Shown: positions 49,218 to 62,718 of the stretch, piece after piece
Layout: every line of letters starts with the position of its first letter
How positions within the stretch are numbered: position 1 is the stretch's first letter
Assembly: GCA_051294375.1 (NCBI GenBank)
Contig: CM119266.1
Coordinates: 12,499,705 to 12,563,704 of the forward strand
DNA: 64,000 nt
DNA from: Paraspadella gotoi
Lineage: Eukaryota > Animalia > Chaetognatha
Reading direction: 5' to 3'
Translations under genes and position numbers: made by a program
The notes under the pieces: generated by a model
Databases searched by the model: none
What the model was told of the DNA's origin: nothing
The model's input: only the letters and a program-made list of their open reading frames with translations

Positions 49218-51370
49218 TACAGCTAAATAGACCATTCACATTTCACAACTGACGCCTTCTCCAACGGCTTCAGTTCCCCACCGCCGTCGGCGTGGCCCTC
49301 ATAAACTTTCACGTCGCACGAACTTACCCGCAACGTCAGAACCCCAACCTTTCTTCTCTCGCTGCTGACACTACTTTTACTGACTATTTGCATCAATATA
49401 CATTTATGAACTTGATAATGATATTTCGTTAGCAGTGGACCATGAGCCATTCTTACCAAATATTTTTATCTAAACCATGAACGCATTCACTTTTTTATTT
49501 CCTGATCCCTTTTCAAAAAAAAAAAAGTAATTCCATTCAATTCCCGCCTCCTTNNNNNNNNNNNNNNNNNNNNNNNNNNNNNNNNNNNNNNNNNNNNNNN
49601 NNNNNNNNNNNNNNNNNNNNNNNNNNNNNNNNNNNNNNNNNNNNNNNNNNNNNNNNNNNNNNNNNNNNNNNNNNNNNNNNNNNNNNNNNNNNNNNNNNNN
49701 NNNNNNNNNNNNNNNNNNNNNNNNNNNNNNNNNNNNNNNNNNNNNNNNNNNNNNNNNNNNNNNNNNNNNNNNNNNNNNNNNNNNNNNNNNNNNNNNNNNN
49801 NNNNNNNNNNNNNNNNNNNNNNNNNNNNNNNNNNNNNNNNNNNNNNNNNNNNNNNNNNNNNNNNNNNNNNNNNNNNNNNNNNNNNNNNNNNNNNNNNNNN
49901 NNNNNNNNNNNNNNNNNNNNNNNNNNNNNNNNNNNNNNNNNNNNNNNNNNNNNNNNNNNNNNNNNNNNNNNNNNNNNNNNNNNNNNNNNNNNNNNNNNNN
50001 NNNNNNNNNNNNNNNNNNNNNNNNNNNNNNNNNNNNNNNNNNNNNNNNNNNNNNNNNNNNNNNNNNNNNNNNNNNNNNNNNNNNNNNNNNNNNNNNNNNN
50101 NNNNNNNNNNNNNNNNNNNNNNNNNNNNNNNNNNNNNNNNNNNNNNNNNNNNNNNNNNNNNNNNNNNNNNNNNNNNNNNNNNNNNNNNNNNNNNNNNNNN
50201 NNNNNNNNNNNNNNNNNNNNNNNNNNNNNNNNNNNNNNNNNNNNNNNNNNNNNNNNNNNNNNNNNNNNNNNNNNNNNNNNNNNNNNNNNNNNNNNNNNNT
50301 TTTTTTTTTTAAATGCTAATTTTTGTCCCTTAGAATGAATTTTGGATTATATTCTCAAAACAGCTGCCCTCTCCTCATAAGCATAACTATACGAAAAAAA
50401 ATGATAACTCTATTTTTAGTTTACTGTGCCAAAAGTAAAACCGTCGTCGTTCTCCTTTTTATTTCATAGAAAATCGAATATTCATGAGATCGCGACCTAA
50501 TTTGGCTCTAAGCCTGGCGTGCGGGTTGGGCTTTAGGCGACGAGCTATTTAATTGGGCTCAAGACCACACGCCAAAAATTGGGCTTTGAAAGTCGAGCCA
50601 AAATGTAACTTTTGTGTACGTTTAAGATTATCTAGGCTCGAGGTAAAAATTATCGATTGTGAAGTATCATTTATAGTATATGTTACTTTTAAATAACTCT
50701 CCTTTCCGATCTAAACATCGCACTTTATTACATAACAAAACTTAATCCATCGGTCCGTCTGTCCGTCGGTTATCGTCTTGTTTTATCATTTCTCGCTTCT
50801 CTCCATTAGTTACATAAGATCTTATCCCTTTCTCTTCATTTCTCATTTCGCAAAGTTTCTCCTTTCTCCGTCTTAATTTCTTTCCATATTTCTCTCTCTC
50901 TCTCTCTCTCTCTCTTTNNNNNNNNNNNNNNNNNNNNNNNNNNNNNNNNNNNNNNNNNNNNNNNNNNNNNNNNNNNNNNNNNNNNNNNNNNNNNNNNNNN
51001 NNNNNNNNNNNNNNNNNNNNNNNNNNNNNNNNNNNNNNNNNNNNNNNNNNNNNNNNNNNNNNNNNNNNNNNNNNNNNNNNNNNNNNNNNNNNNNNNNNNN
51101 NNNNNNNNNNNNNNNNNNNNNNNNNNNNNNNNNNNNNNNNNNNNNNNNNNNNNNNNNNNNNNNNNNNNNNNNNNNNNNNNNNNNNNNNNNNNNNNNNNNN
51201 NNNNNNNNNNNNNNNNNNNNNNNNNNNNNNNNNNNNNNNNNNNNNNNNNNNNNNNNNNNNNNNNNNNNNNNNNNNNNNNNNNNNNNNNNNNNNNNNNNNN
51301 NNNNNNNNNNNNNNNNNNNNNNNNNNNNNNNNNNNNNNNNNNNNNNNNNNNNNNNNNNNNNNNNNNNNNN

Positions 51371-51404
<34 letters not shown>

Positions 51405-51463
51405 TGAAAAAAAAAGATTATGTCGAAGTTATCAATCATGCATGATCATCAAGTTATAATGAA

Positions 51464-51498
<35 letters not shown>

Positions 51499-52019
51499 CG
51501 ACGAACACGAAAAAAAAACTCGGCAAAACTATGAGTGTCACCCGTTAACGATTTTCACGTCGAGTCCAAACAGTGTTTTTCTCGGGGGGTGATGCGACGA
51601 TGGTTGTTGTCGTCGTGTTGTTGTTGTTGTTGTTGTTGTTGTTAATGTTGTTATCTCCGCCACTTTCGGCTTCCGTCTTTTCGCTCTCTTCTTTGGTTTT
51701 TATTGAAACTAACGACGTCGTCTCTCTTCGCGCGAAACTCGAAAAGAAAATTTGCATCGAAATCGCGAAATTGAAATTCGGCTTTCGTCATCGTCGCAGT
51801 CGTACGTGACGACGCGTACGACTGTTGAGACGTACGTGCGTACGTAAAATTGATGGGTGAACGGACAGTAGACGATTCGAAGCGATATGAATAGGAATAG
51901 GAGGGACGAGTTGTCACTAAAACTATCGTTTGAGTCTTCAATATCAATAACTTTTACTTCTGAAATTAATTTTATGATAACTATTTATTTAATTAATAAG
52001 CTATCTTGCCCCTTGTTAT

Positions 52020-52144
<125 letters not shown>

Positions 52145-52378
52145 TCTCCACTTTAATTTCTGAGGCCTTTTTTCCCTTTCTTTCCTCCCGGAATTCCATT
52201 AAATTGGAGACTCAGTATTTCCTTTCTTTTTCCATTTGCACATTTTTTCACATCTTCGCTTTATTTCCTTTATTTTCCTCTTTATTTTCCGCGAGTATTT
52301 TTTTTTTACTTCTCGTCATTTTTTTAAAATTCTTCCGCCACGTTCGTTAATGGAGTCTCGTTAGTCGGCGTGACGCCG

Positions 52379-52453
<75 letters not shown>

Positions 52454-52703
52454 CTCGGATTTCTTGACGATTCTTCGCGACGAAAAACGCGTCGTATGCA
52501 GTTAATATCGTTAATATTGTTAACATCGCTAATTCAGTTGGATATGAATCTTTTTTCTCTTTCCTTCTGGTTGCGTCTGTTCTCAGGAGCGAGAGAGAGT
52601 TCTTAATTTGCGGAAGTGCTAAATGTCTATTTAATCTGAGGAGGAGAGAGAGAGAAGAGAGAGAGAGAGAGAGGAGAGAAGAGAGAGAGAGAGAAAGAGA
52701 AGG

Positions 52704-52751
<48 letters not shown>

Positions 52752-52828
52752 GAGAGGGAGAGAGAGAGAGAGAGAGAGGAGCAGGGAGAGAGAGAGAGGG
52801 AGAAGAGATGACGGAAGAGAGAGGGAGA

Positions 52829-52901
<73 letters not shown>

Positions 52902-55619
52902 GCCGAAAAAGGGAAATCGCTTGCTGCCGTCTGTGACCCTGAAAGGGAAGGAGACCAACGAGGAATAAAATCGAAAGCAACAAATAAAAATCTCCGCGGC
53001 GTGGGGATTTTCTGTGTGTGTGAGTACAAGAGCATGTGTGTGTGTGTTTGAGCGTGGAAGGGAGAGAGTCAGAATCGCTTGGAGATGCCGACGATTTGAT
53101 TCCCTACAGAAACATAAATACGAAAACTGTTTAATGTTTATTTTAACATTGTTTAACTTCTCCGAATCGATTTTTTTTTCTTTTTGAGGAGGAAGACAAT
53201 AAATTTTCGAGTTGAACGAAAATGATTTTCTCGTTTTCTCTTCTGATTAAAATCAATGAGCGAGGGAATTCAAAGGAGTAAAGGCAGAAGGAAACAACTA
53301 ATAAAAACAAAACGGGAAAGAAAATCTAAAAAAGAAAGAAAGAAAGAAAGAAAGAAAGACAGAAAGAGAAAAGGAACAAAAGAAACAAGCCCAAAAAATA
53401 AATAGTAACGAAAGAAAGAAAGAACGAAAGAAAAACATACAAAAATACCAAAAAAGAGCAGAAATAAAGAAAATAAGAAATAAGATAAAAGAAAAAAAAG
53501 TAAAGAAACCAAATAAAGAAAAAAGGAAAAAGAAAGAAAGAAGAAAGCAAGCGAGCAAGCAAGCAAACGAAGGATGAAAAACAACAAAACGCAGAGAACA
53601 AAAACAGAAAAAGAAAGAAAAAAAGAGGAGAGGGAGATAATGGAGGCGCGAAAGAAAAAATAAGGAGATCGGATGAAGAAAATGAAAAAAAGGGATAAAC
53701 AAAGGAGAGGAAAAAAAGGGATAAATCGAAGGGAAAAATGGAATGAAATGGAATAAAAAGAGGAAGAAAGGAAATTGGGTCGGGATTCCCTTCTAATTCG
53801 GACGGAGAAAGGGAAAGACTCCGATCGGTAGTGGAGTATGTGAGTCAAAAGGTGGAGGGTGGGTGAATCTGGTGATATAGTGGGCGTCGTGGGTGGTTAG
53901 GATGTCTTTAGAGAGACTTTAGGGAGAACGTGGAAAATTAAAAGACATTGAAGGCCACAGATGACAAAAGTATGTACAGCAAGACTTGACTGGTCACTGG
54001 TCAGTGATCACCAAATAGACAGACATCCCGTCCCGTCCCGCCCTAGGCCGCTTCATGGAGACGCTGGGGTGAATGAATCGCGGGAAAAATTTGAAGGCGT
54101 TTGATTTAAATTAAAATCGCAAGACTATGTCTTGCAACTGCCAAGGCGTCCGAGGGCCATTTGGATGCAGCGGAGGCGGCAGAGAAGAAAAGTCCGCACT
54201 GCAGGTTCACTACCCGGCGAAACTTTCTTTTTCTTTTTTTTTTTTTTTTTGCACTTGACCGAAGATGGAAACAAAAGCGGAGGGTTTTACTGTCCGATTG
54301 ATTCGTGGAATCAAAAGAGAAAAATCCTCGAGGATTAACCAAGCGAAAAAAAAAACTAGTGGCAATGAAAAGAACGGGAGAAGTCCCCGGGATGTTGAAA
54401 GTTTTAACATCCGGGGGTTCGTTACTTTTTCTTCTTTTTTTTTTTGCGGGATACAAAAGATTAGAGAATTAGGAAAAAGTTTGTATTAATTTTAATCCAA
54501 AAAAAGACGATTAACCATCGGAAACTGACATTCTAACTAAAATCAAACTATCAAAACAAAGAAAATATACACATACATGCTTATAGTAGCCGGTGATTGA
54601 TTTAGCTGCAACAAACGGAGAGATAAAAAGAAGCATCAAGGGAGAGTGGGGAAGTGAAGGGCTGAAAGAAAGAAAAAAGATAGAAAAAACAAAAGACGCA
54701 AAGGGGAAGAAACAAAAGAAAGAAAATTGATTGGAGAGACTGTTTTACAGAACTTGACCATTGAATTAGAGGAAAGAGCCGATTGGGAAAGAAAAGTGGG
54801 AGGAAAGTAATGCTTGGTAAAAATTGATCGTTGAAAGGGAAACCGACTAGATTTAATTAACTATTAAGAATAAATACGAAGAAAAAAACCTTGCGAGGAG
54901 GGTCAGTGACTTGTTAGTCCCCATTGTGTTCCTAATCTGAGCAATAATTTTCATTACAGATTAAAGAAAGCGGCTACCACAACGAATAATGGTTTCCATT
55001 TCCACTATTTTATTACAAATAAATTTTTATGCTCATTCCAAGTCTTATGTTTTCTCCTCTTCCTCTCCCTCCCACGCACTCAATTAAAATAAATAAAACA
55101 AAAGCAAAAAAAATAAAACCTTTCGGAACGAGACCGTCTATTACCCGCAACAAGCATGCACCCTTTCAAGCGTCTCTACAGTCCATTCCCCCCCCCCTTT
55201 ACAAACGCCCAAGGGCGTTCGTGCCTCCGAAAGATGGCAACGTCTTCGTAGTCCTCAAAAAAACGTTACTCAATTTCTCGGAGACGTAAAACGGTCGGCC
55301 GAGAGTTGCCTCTTGGCTGAAAACCTCTTACTCGACCAAAAGACAAATACATAAACGTCTCATCCTTTAGTTCGTTAAAATAAAAAAAANNNNNNNNNNN
55401 NNNNNNNNNNNNNNACAAAAAAAAACCCAGGGTTTTCTTTGGTTTCTATTTAATGGTTTTTAATAAATTTTTTTTTTTTCTTTAGGTTTCTTTTAATTCT
55501 TTCGTCGACATGTTATTTGCGGTTTTTTTCCTTTGAAGCGCGAGAAATTTTTTTCTTCGTCGAACCATAAAGATTCGCGAAGAAATCTCGCGTGCGACGA
55601 TTGAAACGACGAACGAAAC

Positions 55620-56734
55620 GACCGGAGACGAGACGACGACGACGACAAGAACGGAACGCATCGATTATAGTTTATACGCGAAACAATAAAACTTGATAGA
55701 CGCTACTCATTGACTAGATAATGGCATCAACAACGACAACGTGCGACCAAGGAGAACGACGATTCTTCATCAGATGCGGGGTGTGGTGTTAATGCGCTGT
55801 TCTCTCTTCTCTCTCCTCTCTGCTTCTCTCTCTCTCATCCATCTCTCTCTTCTCTCTACTCACTCTCTCTCTCCTCTCTCCTCTCTCTCTACTCTTCTCT
55901 CTCTCTGCTCTCGTCTCTCTCGTCTCTCTCTCCCACCTTCCTCTCCTCCCTCACGTTCATTCGATCTCGTTCTCTCTCTCTCTCCTCTCTCTCGTGCTCT
56001 CTCGTCTCTTCATCACTCTCGCTCTCTCTCGCTCTCTCTTCGCGTCTCTCATTGCTCTCTCTCTCCACACTTTGTAAATTTTATTTGCTAATGTTATTTA
56101 CAATTCTTAAAATAATTAGTAACATCATATATATTTATGTACAGCTCATTACCAATTGCATTGTTATCTGATGTGTTAAACCTTTCAAACATTATTGAGC
56201 ATTAATATTCAGCAATATGAAAATTTATTCAATCGTATCATCTCGTCTCTCTTCTCGTCTTCTCTTACTCAGTCGTCTACTCCCTGCTCTCGTCTCCTCT
56301 GTGCCGAATCACTCCTTTCTCTACCCCTCAGTCTCCTCTCTCTCCATCCATCTCGCTCTCTCTCTCTTAATCGCACTCTCTGCTCTCTACTCTTTTCTTC
56401 GGACTCCAATGTTATTTACTCTTTAAGATTCGCCATTTATATTTTTTTTACTTGTATTATAATACAGCAAAACGTGTTTGCCCTTTGTACTATTTTACTT
56501 GAGTGATTCTTTCCAGTTTTTTCAATCTCGCGATTCTTAAGTTTAATAGAACTCGACAACCTTATAACTACAAATCAAGGAGTTGTCGCCAATGACGACT
56601 GCATCGCAAAATCCAGATATTAAAATTCCCTTCTCTCGGTCTGTCAAATTCTCCCTCTCTTCCCCGTTCCCCTCTGCCTCTCGTCGTTCGTGAGCCAGGG
56701 ACCCCCACAACGGCACGAAATCTGACACAGATTG

Positions 56735-56767
<33 letters not shown>

Positions 56768-56917
56768 AAGAACGGACGACATCGATTACTAGTTTAATCC
56801 GCGAAACAATAAACTTGATGACGCTACTCATTGACTAGATAATGGCATCAACAACGACAACGTCGACCAAGGAGACGACGACGATTCTTCATCAGAATGC
56901 GGTGTGTGTTAATCGCT

Positions 56918-56956
<39 letters not shown>

Positions 56957-57000
56957 TCTCTCTCTTCTCTCTCTCTCTCTCTCTCTCTCCTCTCTCTCTA

Positions 57001-57048
<48 letters not shown>

Positions 57049-57324
57049 CCCTCTCTCTCTCCTCTCTCTCCTCTCTCTCTCTCTCTCTCTTTCTCGCTCT
57101 CTCTCTTCGCTCTCTCTTTCTCTCTCATCTCTCTCTCTCCACTTTGTAATTTTATTTGCTAATGTTATTTACAATTCTTAAATAATTAGTACATCATATA
57201 TAGTACAGCTCATTACCAATTGCATTGTACTGTGTTAAACCTTTCACATTTTGGAGCATAATAATCAAAAAAATTTATTCAAATCTCTCTCCTCTCGGTC
57301 TCTCTCCTCTCTCTCTCTCTCCTC

Positions 57325-57362
<38 letters not shown>

Positions 57363-57640
57363 ACCTCTCTCTCTTTCTTCTTCGGACTCCATGTATTTAC
57401 TCTTTAAGATTCCTTTATATTTTTACGTATTTATAAGCAACGTTTCCATTGTTACTTGAGTTTTCCCTTTTTCTCGATTCCATTAGTCAATATCGACAAC
57501 TTTATCGACAGGGTTGTCGCCATGACGACTGCATCGCAAACCGAATATTAAAATCCCTTCTCTCTCGCTCTCCCTCTTCTTCCCCGTCTCCCTCTCCCTC
57601 TCGCTCGTGAGCAACAGGCCCAAACGGCACGAAATCTGAC
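55620..57640. repeat. ~1-kb direct duplication (noisy copy ~55620-56725, cleaner copy ~56735-57640); probable long-read gap-fill artefact
   Basis: Shared unique anchors (ctactcattgactagataatggcatcaacaacgacaacg; cggcacgaaatctgac). The first copy has scattered single-base insertions and follows a 25-N gap. Confidence 0.85.
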
Positions 57641-58140
57641 CCTCTTTTTTTTAAGGGTCCGAATTCTCATTCCCGATTTCCCTCATAAAGTTTGACCCCA
57701 TTTTATTTCATTTTTGGCAGAGAAATTCCGGAGAAAAAATGGACGACGAATTTCCAGGCCGTTCTGGAAATGATGAAAAGCGAAAAGACTCGCTCTCTCT
57801 CTGTCGCTTTCTATCACTATGTCCCTCACTTGCACTCTGTCCCTCTCTCTCCCACTCCCTATCGCTAACCCAACAGAACACCCTCTCCTCCCGAACGCCC
57901 GGATCTTAAAGTTCAAAAATGAGGAAAAATTTTTTTTTGAAAAAAAAAGAGAACCTTTCGCAAATTGCCTTCATCATGGAAATACGTGGAACGCAAATGA
58001 AAAAAACGCCTTTTTTTAACCGCAAAATTTATAAAACCCCTTTTTAAAATAAAAAAAAATTTAAACGGATTAAAAAAAAATATTAAAAAAAAATTCAGAA
58101 AAGAAAAAAGCTTTCGTGTGTCGCCGAAGGACGAACCGGA

Positions 58141-58175
<35 letters not shown>

Positions 58176-59172
58176 NNNNNNNNNNNNNNNNNNNNNNNNN
58201 NNNNNNNNNNNNNNNNNNNNNNNNNNNNNNNNNNNNNNNNNNNNNNNNNNNNNNNNNNNNNNNNNNNNNNNNNNNNNNNNNNNNNNNNNNNNNNNNNNNN
58301 NNNNNNNNNNNNNNNNNNNNNNNNNNNNNNNNNNNNNNNNNNNNNNNNNNNNNNNNNNNNNNNNNNNNNNNNTCACCCCCGCCTCCGCTCCCCATTCCCC
58401 ACTCTGCGCCGTTTTCAACTCCCAAACCAAAAATTGATCTCAATCTTTTCTGATGCTCTTCTCCCTCGAAAAACGAGAAAAAGTTCTCCTTCGTCATAAC
58501 GGGCCACGCCCTCTTTACAGCGAAACGGATTTCCAGACGAGGTTTCGCTCGTTTCGCTCGTTTCGCTCCTCAACTTAAGCCATTTGACTCTAATAACGCA
58601 TTTCCTTCAACCCCCCCCTCACCTCCTGGATTCATCGCCCGGAAAATTTTTCGTCAAAACTTCCAGCGACGATTCAATGCGACCGACTTTATTTGATAAC
58701 GCCCCCACGATGATCAACGCCGCGACGACCGAGTTGACGTCGACGGCGTCGTCGGCGTCGACGAGAGCGCCACCATCGTGACGTCTTTTTCCGTCAAGAT
58801 ACACGATCAAGTTGTGCAAAAAATGAAACATTTCGTAGAAATGGATTAAATTCAACCATATATTTTTATTACTTTCTTATTTCCTCCATATTTTCTCTCT
58901 CTCTCTCTNNNNNNNNNNNNNNNNNNNNNNNNNNNNNNNNNNNNNNNNNNNNNNNNNNNNNNNNNNNNNNNNNNNNNNNNNNNNNNNNNNNNNNNNNNNN
59001 NNNNNNNNNNNNNNNNNNNNNNNNNNNNNNNNNNNNNNNNNNNNNNNNNNNNNNNNNNNNNNNNNNNNNNNNNNNNNNNNNNNNNNNNNNNNNNNNNNNN
59101 NNNNNNNNNNNNNNNNNNNNNNNNNNNNNNNNNNNNNNNNNNNNNNNNNNNNNNNNNNNNNNNNNNCACAGA

Positions 59173-59720
59173 ATGACGCCGAGGATGACAGGCCGTCGCC
59201 GAGTGGTGGCGCCGCCTAGAACTACGCTTCTAAACAAGAGCAGACCAGCGACTCTAAGCGTCAAAAGATGGCGCCCGCGCTCGCTAATTCCGGCGCCATT
59301 TTTTCCCTTCTCTCTCGCTCTATCTTTGTTGCTCATTCTTCCTTCCGGCGCAGACAAAGAACACCCCAGCGCCGCCACGTTGCCATCCTCAACGAAAGAG
59401 GGCGTGGCTCCGGGGTCGTTGACGGGTCCGAAACTCGGAACGGAAGTGGGCGTGACGCCGCGGACTAAAGAGGGCGTGGAGGAGAGGTCAGGAAAGTCGA
59501 ATACGACCTCGAGTCCAAAACCGGAAACGGAAGGGTCGATGACACCCAAGGTGGACCAAATGACGTCATCTTTGGACGCGGTGACGTCACGAGTGACATC
59601 ATTGAGCAAAGAATCGAAGAAAATTAAAGACGAAGAAGGAAACAATTGGATTCGTCATAATCGTCGTCGTCATCGACGTCGGCGGCGACACAAAACAAAA
59701 GGTCATCGAAAATTAGACGA

Positions 59721-59780
<60 letters not shown>

Positions 59781-60017
59781 TGAGAACGACGCGATGAATA
59801 ATCCAAAATCCAAACCCTCCAACGACGGGAGAAGTCAAATGGCCATCCGGCGCGCCCCACCTGGCTCGCCGACCGCTCGAAACGGCCCCTTCGTCGCCCG
59901 TCGGGGGTCGGCTCTCTCTTCTCGCGGGGGGCGGCGCCATCGAAATGAACGGGGTCGCGGAAGGCGGCGTCACCGGAAGCGGAACCGAGACGCCGAAAAT
60001 GGATCGCGGAACAGCAG
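59173..60017 (+). CDS. First coding exon of a putative secreted EGF-family (EGFR-ligand-like) precursor
   Basis: 845-nt open, GC-rich exon directly after an acceptor-like CACAG (59167-59171). Hydrophobic stretch FFPFSLALSLLLILPSGA (signal/anchor-like), S/T/P-rich region, Arg/His tracts and poly-Asp. Ends at AG|GTGAAC (phase 2, weak donor), in phase with the next exon. Confidence 0.7.
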
Positions 60018-60803
60018 GTGAACGAAAGGAAGGAAATAGTAAGAAAAAGGAGGAAAGGAAAGGAAAGAACGAATGGGGATTGAATGAAAGAATAAAAGAA
60101 AAGGAAAAGGAAAAGAACGAAGCCGAGGAGCTTAAACTAATGAAATAATTAATTATTTNNNNNNNNNNNNNNNNNNNNNNNNNNNNNNNNNNNNNNNNNN
60201 NNNNNNNNNNNNNNNNNNNNNNNNNNNNNNNNNNNNNNNNNNNNNNNNNNNNNNNNNNNNNNNNNNNNNNNNNNNNNNNNNNNNNNNNNNNNNNNNNNNN
60301 NNNNNNNNNNNNNNNNNNNNNNNNNNNNNNNNNNNNNNNNNNNNNNNNNNNNNNNNNNNNNNNNNNNNNNNNNNNNNNNNNNNNNNNNNNNNNNNNNNNN
60401 NNNNNNNNNNNNNNNNNNNNNNNNNNNNGGTAATTCTCTTTTCAGTTTTTTCTTCCGTTCCTTATTTCTTGAATTCCATTGCTCACTTGTTTCTGTTTAG
60501 TCTTTGTCTCTCCGTCATAATCTGTTTCGTCCTGCATAGACAACCCCCCCTTTCAGCTGCCAAAACGAATACGAATGCAACAAACAATTTGATTTAGATT
60601 TTATTACTGCACTTTTTCCCAACCCACAACCCTGAGACAACGAAGATGAAAATTGTCCTTAAGGTCGTCACTTTGTCTCAATTTTTTTATCTGCAAGAAG
60701 ATAAATTAATTAATGAATAAATAATTAATTAATTCTATCATTCGAGTTTCGTTCTCGGCGCCGGAAGTCGACATTTTCGGCTGACAAATTCGTCCTTCGG
60801 TTC

Positions 60804-60860
<57 letters not shown>

Positions 60861-60883
60861 CAAGTTTGTATTTTCACCCACAG

Positions 60884-61039
60884 TGTCATCGACGCAACGG
60901 TCCCCACGCCAACGTCAGAGGTCACTGAAATGGCGTCTTCTCCATTGCCAGCGTCATCTCTCGTACCGGCGTCGTTCGAAACGACGGCGCCGAGTGACGC
61001 AGCGGATTTTCCGGAGGGTGGCGCCGTCGTCCAACCGAG
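60884..61039 (+). CDS. Second coding exon of the putative EGF-family precursor (S/T/P/A-rich mucin-like spacer)
   Basis: Acceptor ttttcacccacAG and donor AG|GTAAGG. 156 nt, phase 2-2, open as (S)VIDATVPTPTSEVTEMASSPLPASSLVPASFETTAPSDAADFPEGGAVVQP(R). Confidence 0.75.
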
Positions 61040-61348
61040 GTAAGGGCTAGAGACGGCGAGGGCGTTTGCGTTGGCGCCAGCGAAGGTTTCGCATCGAATG
61101 ACGTCACGTGCGAATGCGAATTGGAACAACAACAACAACAACAACGATTTACCAAAGAAATGGAATCTCAAATCAAAATATAATTGTATCAATACCAGAG
61201 AAAAAAGAAAATAGCTTTAAAAAATGAGCTTGCGAATTTTTAATGATAATCGAAATTTAATCCTTCATTTTTTTTATTCTTCCTCCTCCTCCTCCTCTTC
61301 CTCCTCCTCCTCCTATTTGTCTTTCCTCTTCTCTGTCAAACGGAAAAG

Positions 61349-61938
61349 AAAAAATATCGGAACAAAAGACGATGACACGACCGCCATAACCGACAACGCC
61401 GGGAGCGCCGGCGGGAGCGCCGCCGCCAGAGCCACCAGCGCCGTCAACGCCGCCGCCGGAAATGCCACGGGAAGCGAGGCGCGAGGAGCCGAAGGGAAAG
61501 GGAGCGGAACAGCGACGGCTTCCCAGGCCTGGAGGACGGTTCCGGCGCCGGCTGAGACGACTCGGTGGGACGCCGCCTCAATTTCACCGCGTGAAACTTC
61601 ACGGACGCCAGTGACGACGACGACGACGACGACGACGACAACGACGACGGGTACTCTGTCCGGGACACGCTCTTCTTCTTTTTCTGCTCCGACTGTCGAG
61701 GATAATGACTGGCACCTCTCCGCGGATGTTCCTGCGGGGGAGCCCCGCTCCCCGCCGGGGGAGACGCCGCAGCGGCCGCGTCGGCAGCGGCGGCGGCGAC
61801 GCAGCCATCGACGTCGACATCGTCGTCAGAAGCGCGGGCGCCGACCGACGCCGCGTTTTCCCCGCAACACGACGCCGTTTGAGAGAGAGCGGCACTGGAT
61901 CCCGGCGCCCTGCGAGTATTTCCAGACGCACAACTGCC
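61349..61938 (+). CDS. Third coding exon (truncated by an N gap) containing a basic tract and the start of an EGF-like module
   Basis: Pyrimidine tract then cggaaaAG acceptor in phase 2 with exon 2. Open frame with Ala/Thr-rich spacer, RRQRRRRRSHRRRHRRQKR (furin-type R-x-K-R) and RHWIPAPCEYFQTHNC. The C-x7-C spacing matches the first two cysteines of EGFR ligands. The gap starts at 61939. Confidence 0.7.
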
Positions 61939-62718
61939 NNNNNNNNNNNNNNNNNNNNNNNNNNNNNNNNNNNNNNNNNNNNNNNNNNNNNNNNNNNNNN
62001 NNNNNNNNNNNNNNNNNNNNNNNNNNNNNNNNNNNNNNNNNNNNNNNNNNNNNNNNNNNNNNNNNNNNNNNNNNNNNNNNNNNNNNNNNNNNNNNNNNNN
62101 NNNNNNNNNNNNNNNNNNNNNNNNNNNNNNNNNNNNNNNNNNNNNNNNNNNNNNNNNNNNNNNNNNNNNNNNNNNNNNNNNNNNNNNNNNNNNNNNNNNN
62201 NNNNNAAGGAAAGGCTTCGCTCGAATTCCCTCCCATTTTCTCTTCTCACAATAGTTTCGAGGGGGAAAATCCAACTCTCTTTCAAACCCTAGTCTTTCTT
62301 ATGTCCATCCCTTTTTCCTTGGTCTCATTTTGAACTCTTACCCTAACCTTTCCTCCATCCATACTCCCAAATGTTCACTCAATATCCCCTTCCTCTCAGA
62401 AACGTAACGCTCTCAAGTACATAACTCAATACAATCCTATTCTTTATCTTTCCTTAACCTTCTTCCCGATTATCCCCTTAATATCGCTCATCCCATTATC
62501 TAACTCCCCCNNNNNNNNNNNNNNNNNNNNNNNNNNNNNNNNNNNNNNNNNNNNNNNNNNNNNNNNNNNNNNNNNNNNNNNNNNNNNNNNNNNNNNNNNN
62601 NNNNNNNNNNNNNNNNNNNNNNNNNNNNNNNNNNNNNNNNNNNNNNNNNNNNNNNNNNNNNNNNNNNNNNNNNNNNNNNNNNNNNNNNNNNNNNNNNNNN
62701 NNNNNNNNNNNNNNNNNN

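Noticed and set aside
53270-53848. 192-aa Phe/Leu-rich membrane-protein-like ORF
   Set aside because: Antisense reading of a degenerate (AAAG)n purine tract.
58869-59645. 258-aa minus-strand ORF
   Set aside because: Antisense shadow of the + strand coding exon, extended artificially through an N gap.
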